From Azolla caroliniana (lineage: Eukaryota > Plantae > Polypodiophyta), in NCBI GenBank assembly GCA_043228905.1, contig JBHGNT010000016.1:16802001-16866000 (forward strand): a stretch of 64,000 nt of DNA. The letters run 5' to 3'. Shown here in pieces: positions 25,601 through 36,089 of this stretch (its first letter is position 1; each line of letters begins with the position of its first letter). A model generated the notes under the pieces. That model searched no databases and was not told the origin of the DNA. It worked only from the letters and a program-made list of their open reading frames with translations. Position numbers and translations under genes: made by a program.

Positions 25601-26675
25601 CTATGCCGGCAATCCGGCACCTACCTTCATTTCCCATCCGGACACAGCCATGCTCACCGGCTGTGTAGGATGAGAAGTATTTCTTCTCCGGGGTCAGGTG
25701 GAACGACGCTCCGGAATCGACCACCCAGGTCATCTCTTCACCGGCAAGGTTCAGCTCCCTCTCTTCGGTAATGAGCATTATCTCTTCTTCACTTGCCGCG
25801 AGTGCCGTCGTTCCTTTCCGGTCCTGCCCTCGCCGATCCGGACCTCTCCGGTCCGTGGCTCCCCGGTATGCACCGTTTCTCTCCGGTGACTTCTTCGAAT
25901 CGGTGTCAGCGGCTCCGTTGTCCTTTCGGTAATGCCGACAATTCTTCCGGAAGTGCCCCGGCTTCCCACAGTGGAAGCATGTGGGTCTTCCTCTTGACTG
26001 CGACCGGGTCCCCGACTTCTCCCGTCTTTGCGGACTCCGGTTCCATTGTCTTCCCCGTTCCGATTCGGTAAGCAGCGCCTTCGAGTCGGAGGCCGGTTCT
26101 TTATCTCTCCGACGCACTTCTTCGTTCAAAATACTTGTCTTTACCGTTTGTAGGGACAAGTTATCTTCCGTGCAGGAGGTGCTGAGAGTCACCACCAAGT
26201 TCTCCCAGCTTTCCGGCAATGTACACATCAGAATGATGGCTTGCATTGCATCCTCCAGCGGGAACTTGATCGCCGCAAGCTGGTTCACGAATCCCATGAA
26301 CGTGCTTACGTGTTCCACCATACTCTCGCCGTCCCGGTACTTGAGATTCACTATCTTCCTCATCAGGGAGGTCCGGTTCAACGCATTCTTCCTCTCGTAG
26401 AGGCCCGACAGCTTCCGCCACATCTCATATGCGTTGGTGTCGTTCGCCACGTGTTGTAGAACGCTCACGTCGACGTATTGCCGTATGGTTGCAACGGCTT
26501 TCCGGTTCAGAAGCCTCCATTCCGTCTCAAGTACCCCCTTGGGTATTTCCGACCTGTCGATCGGTTCATACAGGTCCCGAACAATGAGCAGATCCTCCAT
26601 CTTTATCTTCCAGTCGGCGTAGTTCTGCGCATTCAGCACCATCATCCCCAGCTGCCCGCTGCTGCCGCCTTCCAT
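22602..26675 (-). CDS. gag-pol: Copia F Gag-Pol polyprotein (1357 aa from MEGGSSG); first integrase catalytic Asp reads Asn
   Basis: CFHCGKPGHFRKNC, WVVDSGAS, LWHKRLCH..CTDC, VHTNVC/RADNGGEY/AERMNRT, LYVDDM, TDSDM. First ATG after the PBS is at 26675. Confidence 0.96.
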   Translation of the reverse strand: MEGGSSGQLGMMVLNAQNYADWKIKMEDLLIVRDLYEPIDRSEIPKGVLETEWRLLNRKAVATIRQYVDVSVLQHVANDTNAYEMWRKLSGLYERKNALNRTSLMRKIVNLKYRDGESMVEHVSTFMGFVNQLAAIKFPLEDAMQAIILMCTLPESWENLVVTLSTSCTEDNLSLQTVKTSILNEEVRRRDKEPASDSKALLTESERGRQWNRSPQRREKSGTRSQSRGRPTCFHCGKPGHFRKNCRHYRKDNGAADTDSKKSPERNGAYRGATDRRGPDRRGQDRKGTTALAASEEEIMLITEERELNLAGEEMTWVVDSGASFHLTPEKKYFSSYTAGEHGCVRMGNEGRCRIAGIGDVWLMTSTGCKMLLKDVRHVPEVRLNLISAGRLDDEGYTGSIRNGVMKFNKGSLIVARARKVNTLYLMNSRLCPEELNVAADTAGELWHKRLCHMSEKGMKRLAEDNLIPVKHVHLEKCTDCLAGKQNRTSFHSRPPTRRSAPLELVHTNVCQVETKSHGGAQYFVTFIDDHSRKLWTAPLKTKDQVLSVFKELHARVERESGKKLKALRADNGGEYRGQFEEYCRSMGIRLEFTVPKTPELNGLAERMNRTIMERVRSMLAHAKLPKGFWAEAMSTATYVINRSPSVPLDGDTPQRMWTGKEVSYRHLKVFGCLAYVHVAKDRRGKLDPKTRPCIFLGYGDDEFGYRVWDPVDKKIFRSRDIIFMEDKTLTDWESEKKMKSSKSTGEDQLYKEQSRPARDRLALEDPAEDGVETEPAEEDETDTGTGPDPEMDSDEEETEEPVTEAPERRYPLRERRAPRRFPEPEHVLLTDEGEPESFEEAKHDTHSRRWLSVMQEEMDSLHENHTYELVELPKGKRALRNKWVFKLKPGDAGNPPRYKARIVVKGFQEKKGVDFDEIFAPVVKMTSIRTVLSIAASMDLEVEQMDVKTAFLHGDLEEEIYMQQPEGFEKKGKEHLVCRLKKSLYGLKQAPRQWYRKFDSFMTDEGYHKTQSDHCVFVKKFEGGNFLILLLYVDDMLIVGRDQVKIRMLKKALHRTFSMKDLGPARQILGMHIIRDRRKKQLWLSQEKYVTKVLHRFNMSEARPVGSTLPANCKLSSKQSPKTKAEKEDMMKVPYASAVGSLMYAMVCTRPDIGYAVGVVSRYMSNPGKEHWNAVKWILRYLKGTTNVCLRFGSGKPELDGFTDSDMSADADTSRSTSGYVMTYAGGVVSWQSRLQKTVALSTTEAEYMAAVEAGKEIIWMKDFIRELGIRQEEYRLYCDSQSAIHLAKNAAYHSRTKHIQRRYHWIRERIEDKEFVLTKIHTDENGSDMLTKVLTPDKLEACRKRIGLERHPMPK

Positions 26676-26706
26676 TTTCTGTGTTACCGTCGCTCTGATA
26701 CCACTT

Positions 26707-27406
26707 TGTTGAAATTCCGTGCTCGGCCACAACCGAGGAACAGGATCAATTCACAGAAAACGGGAAATACAAGAATGCACGAAAAACAATAGAGAGAAGA
26801 GTACACAGGATATTTTACGTGGAAAACCCTAAATGGGAAAAACCACGGGAGTCCTCAAACTCCAACTATCACTATGAACAGAGATGTACAATGGTGAAGC
26901 TTCAAGGCAACTACCTTGAACTCACTGTCTTCGCCACAGGCGGCGGTAATACACAGAGGCAACGACCTCTTCGTCTCTCTCTCTCTCTCTCTCTCTCTCG
27001 GCTGCTCTCTTTTCTCTCTCTGAGTGAAAACAGAAAAATAAGCAACAACACTAAACTGTTTGCCCTAAGTCATATTTATACACATACGACTTTCGGGCTA
27101 TTTTACAAATATAGCCTCAAGGGCCCTTGGCAAACATATTCACAAATATGTCCCCGCATCCGGATCTCTCTCCGGGTACATTCATCATCCGGCTCCGTAG
27201 CCGGGTCTTCGTCATCCGGCTCCGTAGCCGGGGTCTTCTCTTCATCATCCGGCTCCGTAGCCGGGGTCTTCATCATCCGGCTCCGTAGCCGGGTCTTCAT
27301 CCGGCTTCATGCCGGGTACTCTTCATCCTCCGGTTCCGTAACCGCAACCGGGCTTGCCGTCATTCGTCTCCGGACATCCCATCCGGAGGGACCGAAAATC
27401 CCAACA
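26707..27406 (-). repeat. 5' LTR of F (700 bp)
   Basis: As the 3' LTR, plus two extra CCGG-rich repeat units. Confidence 0.97.
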
Positions 27407-30390
27407 ACAAGCTGAGGATTTTCGGGTCCGAGGTGTATGCCCTCATACCGAAAGATGATCGCCGCAAACTTGCACTAAGGTCTAGGAAATGTATTTTCCT
27501 TGGTTATGGACATGATGGAGAAATAGGATACCGACTCTACCCTGAGCACAGACAGATTGTCCAAAGTTCAGACATAGTGTCCAATGAGTTAGCGATGCAT
27601 CAATCGGCCACAAACCTGATCGAAGTCCTAAGGCTAATCTTTTCCTCTGTGCCAACCCTTCATGAAGGCCCAACACACAACACAAGGTCGGCTTCACAGG
27701 TAGCCAAACCCTCTAACATTAACTCAACACTACCAAATGACTCGGCTTTGAACCATCAGACTTTGACACCCGTGAGACCAGTCCAATCATACCTCGAAGA
27801 TAAGAGAGACTGTTGCAGCCTCCAGAGAGATACTCTCCTCGAATCTTCTTTACGGAGGAAGGAGAACCGACATCATATGAAGAAGCATCGGCATCTACCT
27901 ATTTCGCCACCGGCATCTTCCAATGGAGTTCAAAATGAACTCCATTCGCGCCAACAAGACGTAGGACCTGGTCGAACTACTGAAAAATCGACGTGCTCGT
28001 CCATGCAAGTGGGTCTATTGAATCAAATAGACGTCCAATTGGACCACCCTGAAATTCAAGTCTAGATTAGTAGCAAAGGGTTTTCGATAGGAATACAACG
28101 TCAACTTAGACAAAATCTTCTCACTAGTGGTAAAAATGACAACCCTTCATTTTATGCTCGACATCATGGCAACCGAGAATTCGGAGTTGATTTAGCTAGA
28201 TGTCAAAATGACATTCTTGCACGGTGACCTAGAGGAGGAAATTTACATGGAGCAGTTGAAAAGCTTTATAACACCTAGTTAAGAACATCTAGGTTGCCGA
28301 CTCAGGAAGAGTCTTTATGGCCTGAAACAGGCACCGTGATAGTGGTACAAGAAGTTCGACAACTTCATCCAATTGGTTGGCTTCTCAAAGAGAGATGAGG
28401 ATCACTGTCTCTTCACAAAAACAACTCGAGATTGTTCACCCATCTTCCTCATCATCTATGTGGACGACATGCTACTCTCTGGTCAGCATACCGAAGAGCT
28501 CACCGAACTCGTTCAGCAAATGTGGCTGAAGTTTTCTATGAAGGACCTCAGTTGAGCTAGACACATTCTCGGGATGAAGATAAGTTAGAATCAAAATCGA
28601 AGATAGTTGATTTTGTCGCAATTCGACTATATTACACGTGTCCTTGAATCCTTCAACATGCAATCGACAAAATTTACTTCGATGTCGCTCCGCATTAGCA
28701 ATCAGTTGTCTTAGCGGGACCGCCTGACATCTGGTTCAGAGGGGGTAATTATTAAGTTGGCTCCTTGATGTTACGCGATGGTCCCGACATGGCCTGATAT
28801 CGCTCATGTTGTCAGAGTCGTTAGCAGATTCATGCACAATCCTAGCCGATCGCATTGGAACATAGTTAAGCATGTGTTTAGATATCCTAGCCGATCGCAT
28901 TGGTACAAAAGACCTAGGTATTCTATTTGGCCCGAACGACACGTCAAGCGTAGTTAGATACACCAACTCGGACTTTGCAGGTTGCATGGACAACGAAAAA
29001 TCAACAACCAGATATTGTTTCAAATTCGGCAATGGAGCAATTTTGTGGAAATCGCAACTTTAGGAGTGCACTGCTACATTAACGACTGAGGCCGAATATG
29101 TAGCCACATCTGATGCGGCGAAAGAGGCTTTATGGCTCAGTTGGCTGGCGTACACGTTTCGACAAGGTGACTCCAACTCAGCTCTAGTTGTCTACATCGA
29201 CAGTTAGGATGTTGTCACACTGTCAAAAAATCCGGTCTAGGACCATGCCTTGAAGCACATCGATGTTCGATATCAGTTTGTTCGGGACTGCGTCATTTTA
29301 GGGAAAGTCATCCTCGAGAAGATACCTACATTCAAGAATGTCGCAGATGGGATGAAAAAGTGTCTCTCGGCTGATCGAATTCGAATCCTTTAGCACCAAA
29401 TGGGCATCATGAAGAATCAGTCTGATTAAGTCGGACACTTAGGATGTTTTTCGAAAAATTGACTTTGATAGTTCGAAGTTCGGCGTCAATCTCTCCGACT
29501 TCAGCTGATTTAGCCTCGTGTTTTTCGGAGCTCACCGACTTGAATGAAATTTTGATTTGTTCGAAAGACCTATATCAATCTGTATTGTATATTTATTTCG
29601 ATTTACAGATTTTTGATGTATACGCCCAATTACGGGGGAGTGTTGAAAACGGGTCTCTAATGGACATATTCACATTGTCTCTTTTGTACACATTAGGTTT
29701 AGGCTATTTATGTAATTAGTGAGAAGGGAAATTGCCCTAAGTTAGTCAGTATATAAACTGACTTTGTAACCTAGTTTTGTTGTTGTTGAAAATATAGTTG
29801 ATCTTGTGCCTAACGTCTCTTTCTTGTGATCGAGTTTCTTTCTGCTTTTTCTACCTCTGTTGCCATCAATCTACCTTGCTTGTATCTGTTTATGATCTTC
29901 TCTCTAGAAGAGTGTTGATTTGTTCTGCACTAGACGACAACATTCCCAACATCTGGTATCAGAGCTTGAGGTTCTTTCGATTATTCTCCCCCCCGTCTAT
30001 CCCACCTCTATCAACAACTCTTCCTCAATACACCGTGAAGATGTCGGTTGGCAACTCTCTACAAAATCGTTCTCGCAAAGAGAAACACTGGCAAAATTTG
30101 CACTCCACTATTCTAAATCACCATTGAAGTGAGCCAATTGGTTGCACCTCACTCTTGTGATAGTAGCCGCTTAGAGCGAGATTTCGCTTCACAAGCTCTA
30201 CTTCAACCATACTACATTGGATTAGATGACAATAGACGAGGTCACCTGACGCTAGCCACTCACTTGTCGTAATCACTCATAATAGTATGGGCTCCAGGAA
30301 CAACCCCAATCGGTGCGTCATTTGGCTGAACGACATTCGGGAGGACGAATGTTGATTTGTTCTGCACTAGATGACGTTCCCAACACTCCA

Positions 30391-33300
30391 CCACCAGGAT
30401 CTCAGATTGTCCGAAAGCCGACTTTTCCCTAGAGAAGGTAAGCCGAGCGTCGTCTAGCTTTTGCAATATCTTCTCGAAGTTGGAGATGTGATCTGTGACA
30501 AACTTCTTGCACCCATCCGTTTCGATCGATTCTTCTTTCGTATCCTCTGAAAATCCCTTGATCGGGATGTCATCCAAGAACAACATGGTGATGTCTGGGA
30601 TGCAGTCCCTCCAAACCTTGTTCATTGCATTCACCATGTGCGCCAACGAGTTGGTTCCTCCTTTCGGTAGGGCGCACATCCAAACTAGGCCTAGAGGGGT
30701 TTGCATCGCTGTGATATCCCTACTCTGCATGGCTAGTTGGAATTGGTTATATCCGGAGTACAAGTCTCCAACTAAGTAGATGGACCTCCCCATGAAGGCC
30801 TTCGCAAACTCATTAGTTCTTGGGCCAATACCTGCATTCTGAATGGTCACCTTATTGACTGGTTGCAGGTCTTGAATGAAGCATAGTGCCCCGTTCTTCT
30901 TCGGCGCTCGATGGCTCCAAGATCCCCATCTCTACTTTTTGTTTGAGAAGCTCCATCAGCTTTGGGATGTGAGTTCTCGGTACTGGAATCGGCTTGAGAT
31001 TCGAGGGTACGTACAATACCGTTAAGATCACCATAGGTTCCACAATTGTGGAGTCTACGCACTCGATCTCCCCCAACAATAATGCGAAGGCTTTCCCATG
31101 CCTTTCGCGCATGCTCCAAAACCGGTCTTCTTCTACCGGCGGTAGGAAGCCACCCCCACCAATCTTACGCTCCCACAACCTCTTGTCGATGAACCGGTCT
31201 CCAATGCCGGCCGGATCCCGTAAACTTGGGTCAGTCGTGACCTCTTTCATTCGATCCTAGTTGTCCTCCGGCAAGGGAACCATGACTGGCCTTAGCTTCC
31301 GGTCCGTAGTCTTGTACTTAGTGTGTACTTGGGTGGTCCGATCCGACGCGATCATCGCCCCGAAGTCCGCGATGACTTCACGCATCTCGATGGAATTTAC
31401 TGGAATGACCCGGTCATCGCTAAGATCCCCTTCGACTATCTTCTCGATATCTCCGAGGGTATCGTTGAATGAGACTGCTGTCACAGCACCACTAATCTTG
31501 TTGTCAGAGCCTAAGGCACTGCACGCCTTCAAGCATCCTTCAACCTGCTTCTTCTCCTGTCCTTTGATGCCGGTTATGGTACAACCTCCATTATTGGACG
31601 TCCAAAACTCTCTAACTGTGGTACAAGTGTGGGGTTTCTCCAAGGTGTGTGGACTATCACAGCCCCACGGCTTGATAGCCCTCTCTAAAAATCCTCTCGG
31701 TCGTCGTTGCCAAGAGACTTGCAATTTTGCTCATGGTTCGGTCGGACCGTCAGAAACTGAATGGAGTGCTTGCCGTCTAGGCTCTTCACCTGAGTGTATG
31801 TTGAAGCATAGTCCAACACCTTCGTCTCCATTTGGGAAGCTGTGATGTAGGGTTCACTGAGAATCACCAGATGCGAGGATGTCTCTTGCATCAAGAAGTG
31901 TTGGTCTATCTCGATGTCTCCAACCTTTACCCGAATGTTCGGGCATGCCCCGTGAAGTTCCTCTGTGGTGCCGGTCGCTGCATGTATCTTCCATCCGTGA
32001 CTGGTGTTAATCAACTACTTTCACTTCTTGTAGAAGTCCATCGACATTAGGTTGATCTCTGACCCGTGGTCGATCAATGCCACCACCGATTCCTTCACAT
32101 CCCCGATACGGACTGCGGTCTCCATTCTTGCCCTCACCCAATGTGGCTTCATGTACTGGCTGTCTGAGAACTCATCTTCTGTGTCTACCTCATCAATGTG
32201 CGCGCTCTCGCCTCCATGGGCTTCTCCAGCTTTGGCTCTGTCGAGAGCTACTTTTGTTTCAATATATCCACGATGGAGTCATGGAATTCCTTCTTTGTGA
32301 TCCCCAGGACTTCCCTCAACGACAACTCTACTTTGCTATTGAGGATCCACTCCTCCAAGACCTTTCACAGGTCAGCCACCCTCTCTATCTCCGAGCTCAA
32401 CTGGAAGCCCGTCAACTTTGCTCTTTCATGCAGGCCAGCCAGGTCTCCGTCATTCATTCTCGGCGCACTCTAGGTTTCATACAGGTCCAAGGGTCCAACT
32501 CCTCCGCTCTTTTCAGCCTGTTTGTCTTCATAGCATGCGGCCTCCACGAAACCAATCTTTTCTTCAACCGGGTTGTTCTACCCGGTAACCTCCTGGACCT
32601 GCCTCTCCAAGCGGTTTGCCTCCTCTTTTCTCAGCCTTACCCCGGACAGGCCCTCCAACACTAGCGGATAGACCTCAGAATGGATGCTCCTTTCTCCTCC
32701 TACTTGGATCTTGGTGGAAACTGAGTAGTGAACAGTCTCGGCCTATCAGGCCACAACCTCCTGCATCAACCTCTTCATTTTGCCATGACCAATGTTCACC
32801 TCTAAGGGCCTCCACGTCTTGTTGGGGTGCAACTGGCCGTTCCAAAGGTACACGACCTTGTTCCTAAGCACCTTTGTAAATTCAGCACAGTTCCTCCGGT
32901 CGTGACCAATGACGTCACACCATATACACCTTTGATCGAATTGCAGCCTTTGGTCGCGTGATTCACCCTTGTTGTCCTTTGTAGCCGGCGTGATCCTGCA
33001 CCATTTTGGTCAGCTCTTCGAGTGTTGCGCCTCCAATTGATCCATCGACCACGTTAGCCGGAACCGTCCCTAACTCCAACCATTTCCTCGTCTCATTCGA
33101 TCATGTCGGAACTACTTCTCCCAACTTCTTACTGGAAATCGGCACGACCATGGATGCCCCCTCATTGGTCCAGTATTGCCGCTTGTCAAAGCAGCCACAA
33201 ACCCTTTTCACTGCAGCCTAGTCGGTTGTGAGACCCTCATCTGTCTCGAGCTGAAAGACAACCCGTTCCCGGTCAGCCACTTGAACAGACTTGATGAACA

Positions 33301-33776
33301 ATAGTACTTTGGTTGTATCAAGCACTGTCTGATCCAATGTTGAGAGACGAGCGAACCGCATCTCGAACTCTTGGAGGAGCGCTGGAGTGTTCCTCCCCTT
33401 TCCGGGGTTCTCGATCCACTCCATGAATTCGCGCTTCGACAATCGGAATGAGTCATCGAACTTGTACCTTTCGAGGAGTTGTCCCTCGAACTCTGCCGAA
33501 TTCCTACACACGACCTGCACCTCAAGCACCTTTGTGTGGATGCTCGGCGTTACTAGTCGTGGGAATCCAGACAACAACCTATCCTCGTAAATATCTCTCA
33601 TTATCATTTAGGCCTGGTAGGCCTCCAGATAACTTGTCACGTCCTTCCCATTGAACCAGTCTATCATGCCGACTATCGCCTCTATGACCATGTCCAGGGT
33701 ACCTGTACCTTCCCGAGCAATTAATATACGGTCGATGGCGGTCGCCATCGTCTTTGCTAGCTCTCTTCCACTCATC
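30391..33776 (-). pseudogene. gag-pol: C: gag, protease and RT (degenerate)
   Basis: FNGKDVTSYLEAY gag start, CIWCDVIGHDRRNC knuckle (~32890-32930), ALIDHGSEINLM protease, GDLYSGYNQF..LPKGGTNS..FLDDI RT. Confidence 0.88.
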
Positions 33777-33813
33777 TTCGGACTCCTCTGCCTCCCCTTT
33801 TCATGTTGAGTTC

Positions 33814-34126
33814 GGACCACCGGGTTCACGAACCAAGGAGCTGGCCAGAGTAGGATGCTCGTCAGGACATCTTTGGCAAGTTAGTTGCTAGCTACGTATT
33901 TGATCCAGATCGTTCCTGGATGCGAGACTACGACTGTGAGGGAATGGGGACATGTAATGTTCTGGTCTGGTCGTACACAATAAAATATGAGAATACAGGC
34001 TCGTAACTCGGGGGGAAAATGACAAATAAGTGGGAATAAGCAGAAGCGATCATGACACAAGTTGGAAACCTCGATCACATGCTCTTCACCCCCTTTTTTG
34101 CTGTGTAGTTGGGAATCTTCATGACA
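33814..34126 (-). repeat. 5' LTR of C, internally deleted, followed by a decayed tRNA-Trp PBS
   Basis: Joins the two ends of the 3' LTR. GAACTCAACATGAA (~33800-33813) looks like CpG-decayed GAACCCGACGTGAA. Confidence 0.78.
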
Positions 34127-34239
34127 ACGTTCTACTGCATCAAGAGATATTACTGAAGAATCAGAGCCTATTCATATAGTTCTTGGTAATTTAGCTTGTG
34201 TAGTATCTTTCAATATCATAAGTATTCCTTAACATTCAA

Positions 34240-35140
34240 TTGTTCTTGGGTTGCCTTGGTTCGAAATTCATAATCCAAAGATTAATCATAAACTATATGA
34301 AGTTGACGACATTGTTGTTCCCGAACATGGTGTCGATCTTCTCCCAAAGGACATCTACATTGTTGTCATCATCAAAGTTGTTGTATAGACTCATGTCTAT
34401 GAAACACATGATGTATCCTACTGCCTTTAGATGCAACACTTCCCAAGTTGATGCATCAATCTTGTCCAACATTTTACTTCTGATATGTAATGGTAGCCAC
34501 AAATAATTGCACACTAGCATATTTCTTATCTTCGACTTCCACACTGAATAGTTAGAGCCGGTTAGCTTGAACATACCCTGAAATGAATCATCCATTTTTC
34601 TAAAATTCTCTGATAGTAGTTTAGTGAACACAACCGCGACAAATGCGGAATAGGGAACACAAGAAGAAATTGAGAGAGAACTGAAATGAAACTAGACAAG
34701 GTATATCCTGGAAAACCCCAAATAGGATAAAAAACCATGGGTGCCCACAGACACCAAACAAAATAACTATAAGAGAGATATACAAAGAAACTAACACATA
34801 CGCACCAAATTGAGTTCTTATACTTTGCCAACTAGCGGTTGCAACAAAGTCACACTCAATTTCTCTCTCACTCTCATGCATTACATCTGTTTGGCTATGG
34901 AGGCAATGACCTCGCATGCGCAATACTCTATTCCACACTCTACCAGACAATAAATAAGAAGACTCTCTACACACAGAAAGATTGCCCTAGTGATCTTTAT
35001 ACTTTCGAGCTATTTATAGAACTCGTCTAAGTAGGGTTAGGTCAAAACTTATTCACACTTTTGAACTTCTTTCCAAATACTCATCAAGACTTCATCCAGC
35101 TCCGGATTGGCCCATCCAAAAGGGACCTAATTCTTTAACA
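34240..35140 (-). mobile_element. Truncated Copia: 5' LTR (~34620-35140), decayed PBS and gag N-terminus
   Basis: MFKLTGSNYSVWKSKIRNML...KAVGYI. The LTR shares GAAAACCC, TTGCCCTAG and CCCATCC..GGGAC motifs with the F LTR. Confidence 0.75.
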
Positions 35141-36089
35141 CGTTGATACCCTTCCTCTATCTCATGGATCTTGGTAGCGGATATCTCATTGGCGACCTGA
35201 AGAGCAAGCACACCCTATGGTTCCATATCATGGAGCTTGGCAGCGGATTCATCATTAGCAGGCTGAAGAGCTACCACAACTTTCATTTCCGTATCTTGGA
35301 GAACTTTGGTATATTCAGCCGTCTGTGCTTCGAGGTGTTGCTGTAAATTGATTTCTCACTTTTGTGCGTGCTTGCGGATGCGGTAAATTTCCTGTTTGGC
35401 CTTCTTGGTAATCGCTTTCTGGGCTGTTAGTTCCTCTTCATAGTTTGGTGGTGGTGCCGATGTTGTGTCGGGTAGCAGAGGTGTGTTGTATTTGGTGGTG
35501 GTGATTGAGGTGTGAGTTTCCTTGGTTTGGTAGATAGGAGGACTAACATGTGTGTAGGCATTCGTCTGACTAGTGTTGAGAGTTGCGAGGGCGAGAAGGT
35601 CATTTTTGTTAATCTTGGGCCGAACTAGCCACTAACACAGGGTGTCCTTCTGGAAAAATTCACCAAAGGGGTGGTTACGAGGTAATGATTCGACTCCAAC
35701 TAGTTCGTGTTTGGCGCTCCCAGATCGATTCCAGATAGACAATCACCTATGGTTGCATACATGCGTAAGATTAAAAAAATAAGCACGGAACGGAAATGAA
35801 CAGATACGGAATGATAACAAACACTTCACTTGTATTAGTTCCATCCTCAATACATTGTTCTTTGGATCCTTTCATAGGCATCTGGTTTTGTTTTTACAAA
35901 ATGGTGCCCAACCGGCAACCGGCTATGAACTGGTCCAGATTTGGATCGGTACAACTCATCCAGATCCGCCCGTTCCTACTATAATTTTCTCTAATTACTA
36001 ATACTATTCCTAACTCCCTACTATATTTCATACTCTGGCCCTTGGCCAACACATGGCATGCTCGTGGGACAGTACATTCTACGTCGAAC

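Larger units (their letters stand above)
21952..27406 (-). mobile_element. Copia element F (Tnt1/Tork-like), full length and young
   Basis: LTRs at 21952-22591 and 26707-27406, TSD ACAAG, PBS-Met at 26692-26703, PPT at 22592-22601, uninterrupted ORF. Confidence 0.98.
20780..29427 (+). pseudogene. gag-pol: Disrupted gag-pol of D (most of gag deleted), split by Copia F
   Basis: Peptides near-identical to A (WLLDSGAS, VRHVPELSR, GFWAE, IIYVDDMLLSG), with many stops. Confidence 0.9.
19743..30385 (+). mobile_element. Copia element D (relative of A), degenerate, arranged LTR-internal-LTR-PBS-leader-partial LTR
   Basis: LTRs at 19743-20073 and 29641-29951, third LTR end at 30349-30385, TSD CCCCA/CTCCA. 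Removing D restores the host RT peptide ILVVGHLC. Confidence 0.9.
11636..34126 (-). mobile_element. Gypsy element C (non-chromovirus, tRNA-Trp lineage), degenerate, hosting B, D and F
   Basis: Termini TGTCGCGAAAAT and ATCTTCATGACA, 4-bp TSD ACGT (11632-11635, 34127-34130), LTR homology at both ends, gag-PR-RT-RH-IN order on the minus strand. Confidence 0.88.

Noticed and set aside
26676-26732. ORF-track start of the 1376-aa F protein
   Set aside because: It begins at a non-ATG codon inside the LTR and crosses the PBS. The likely start is the ATG at 26675.
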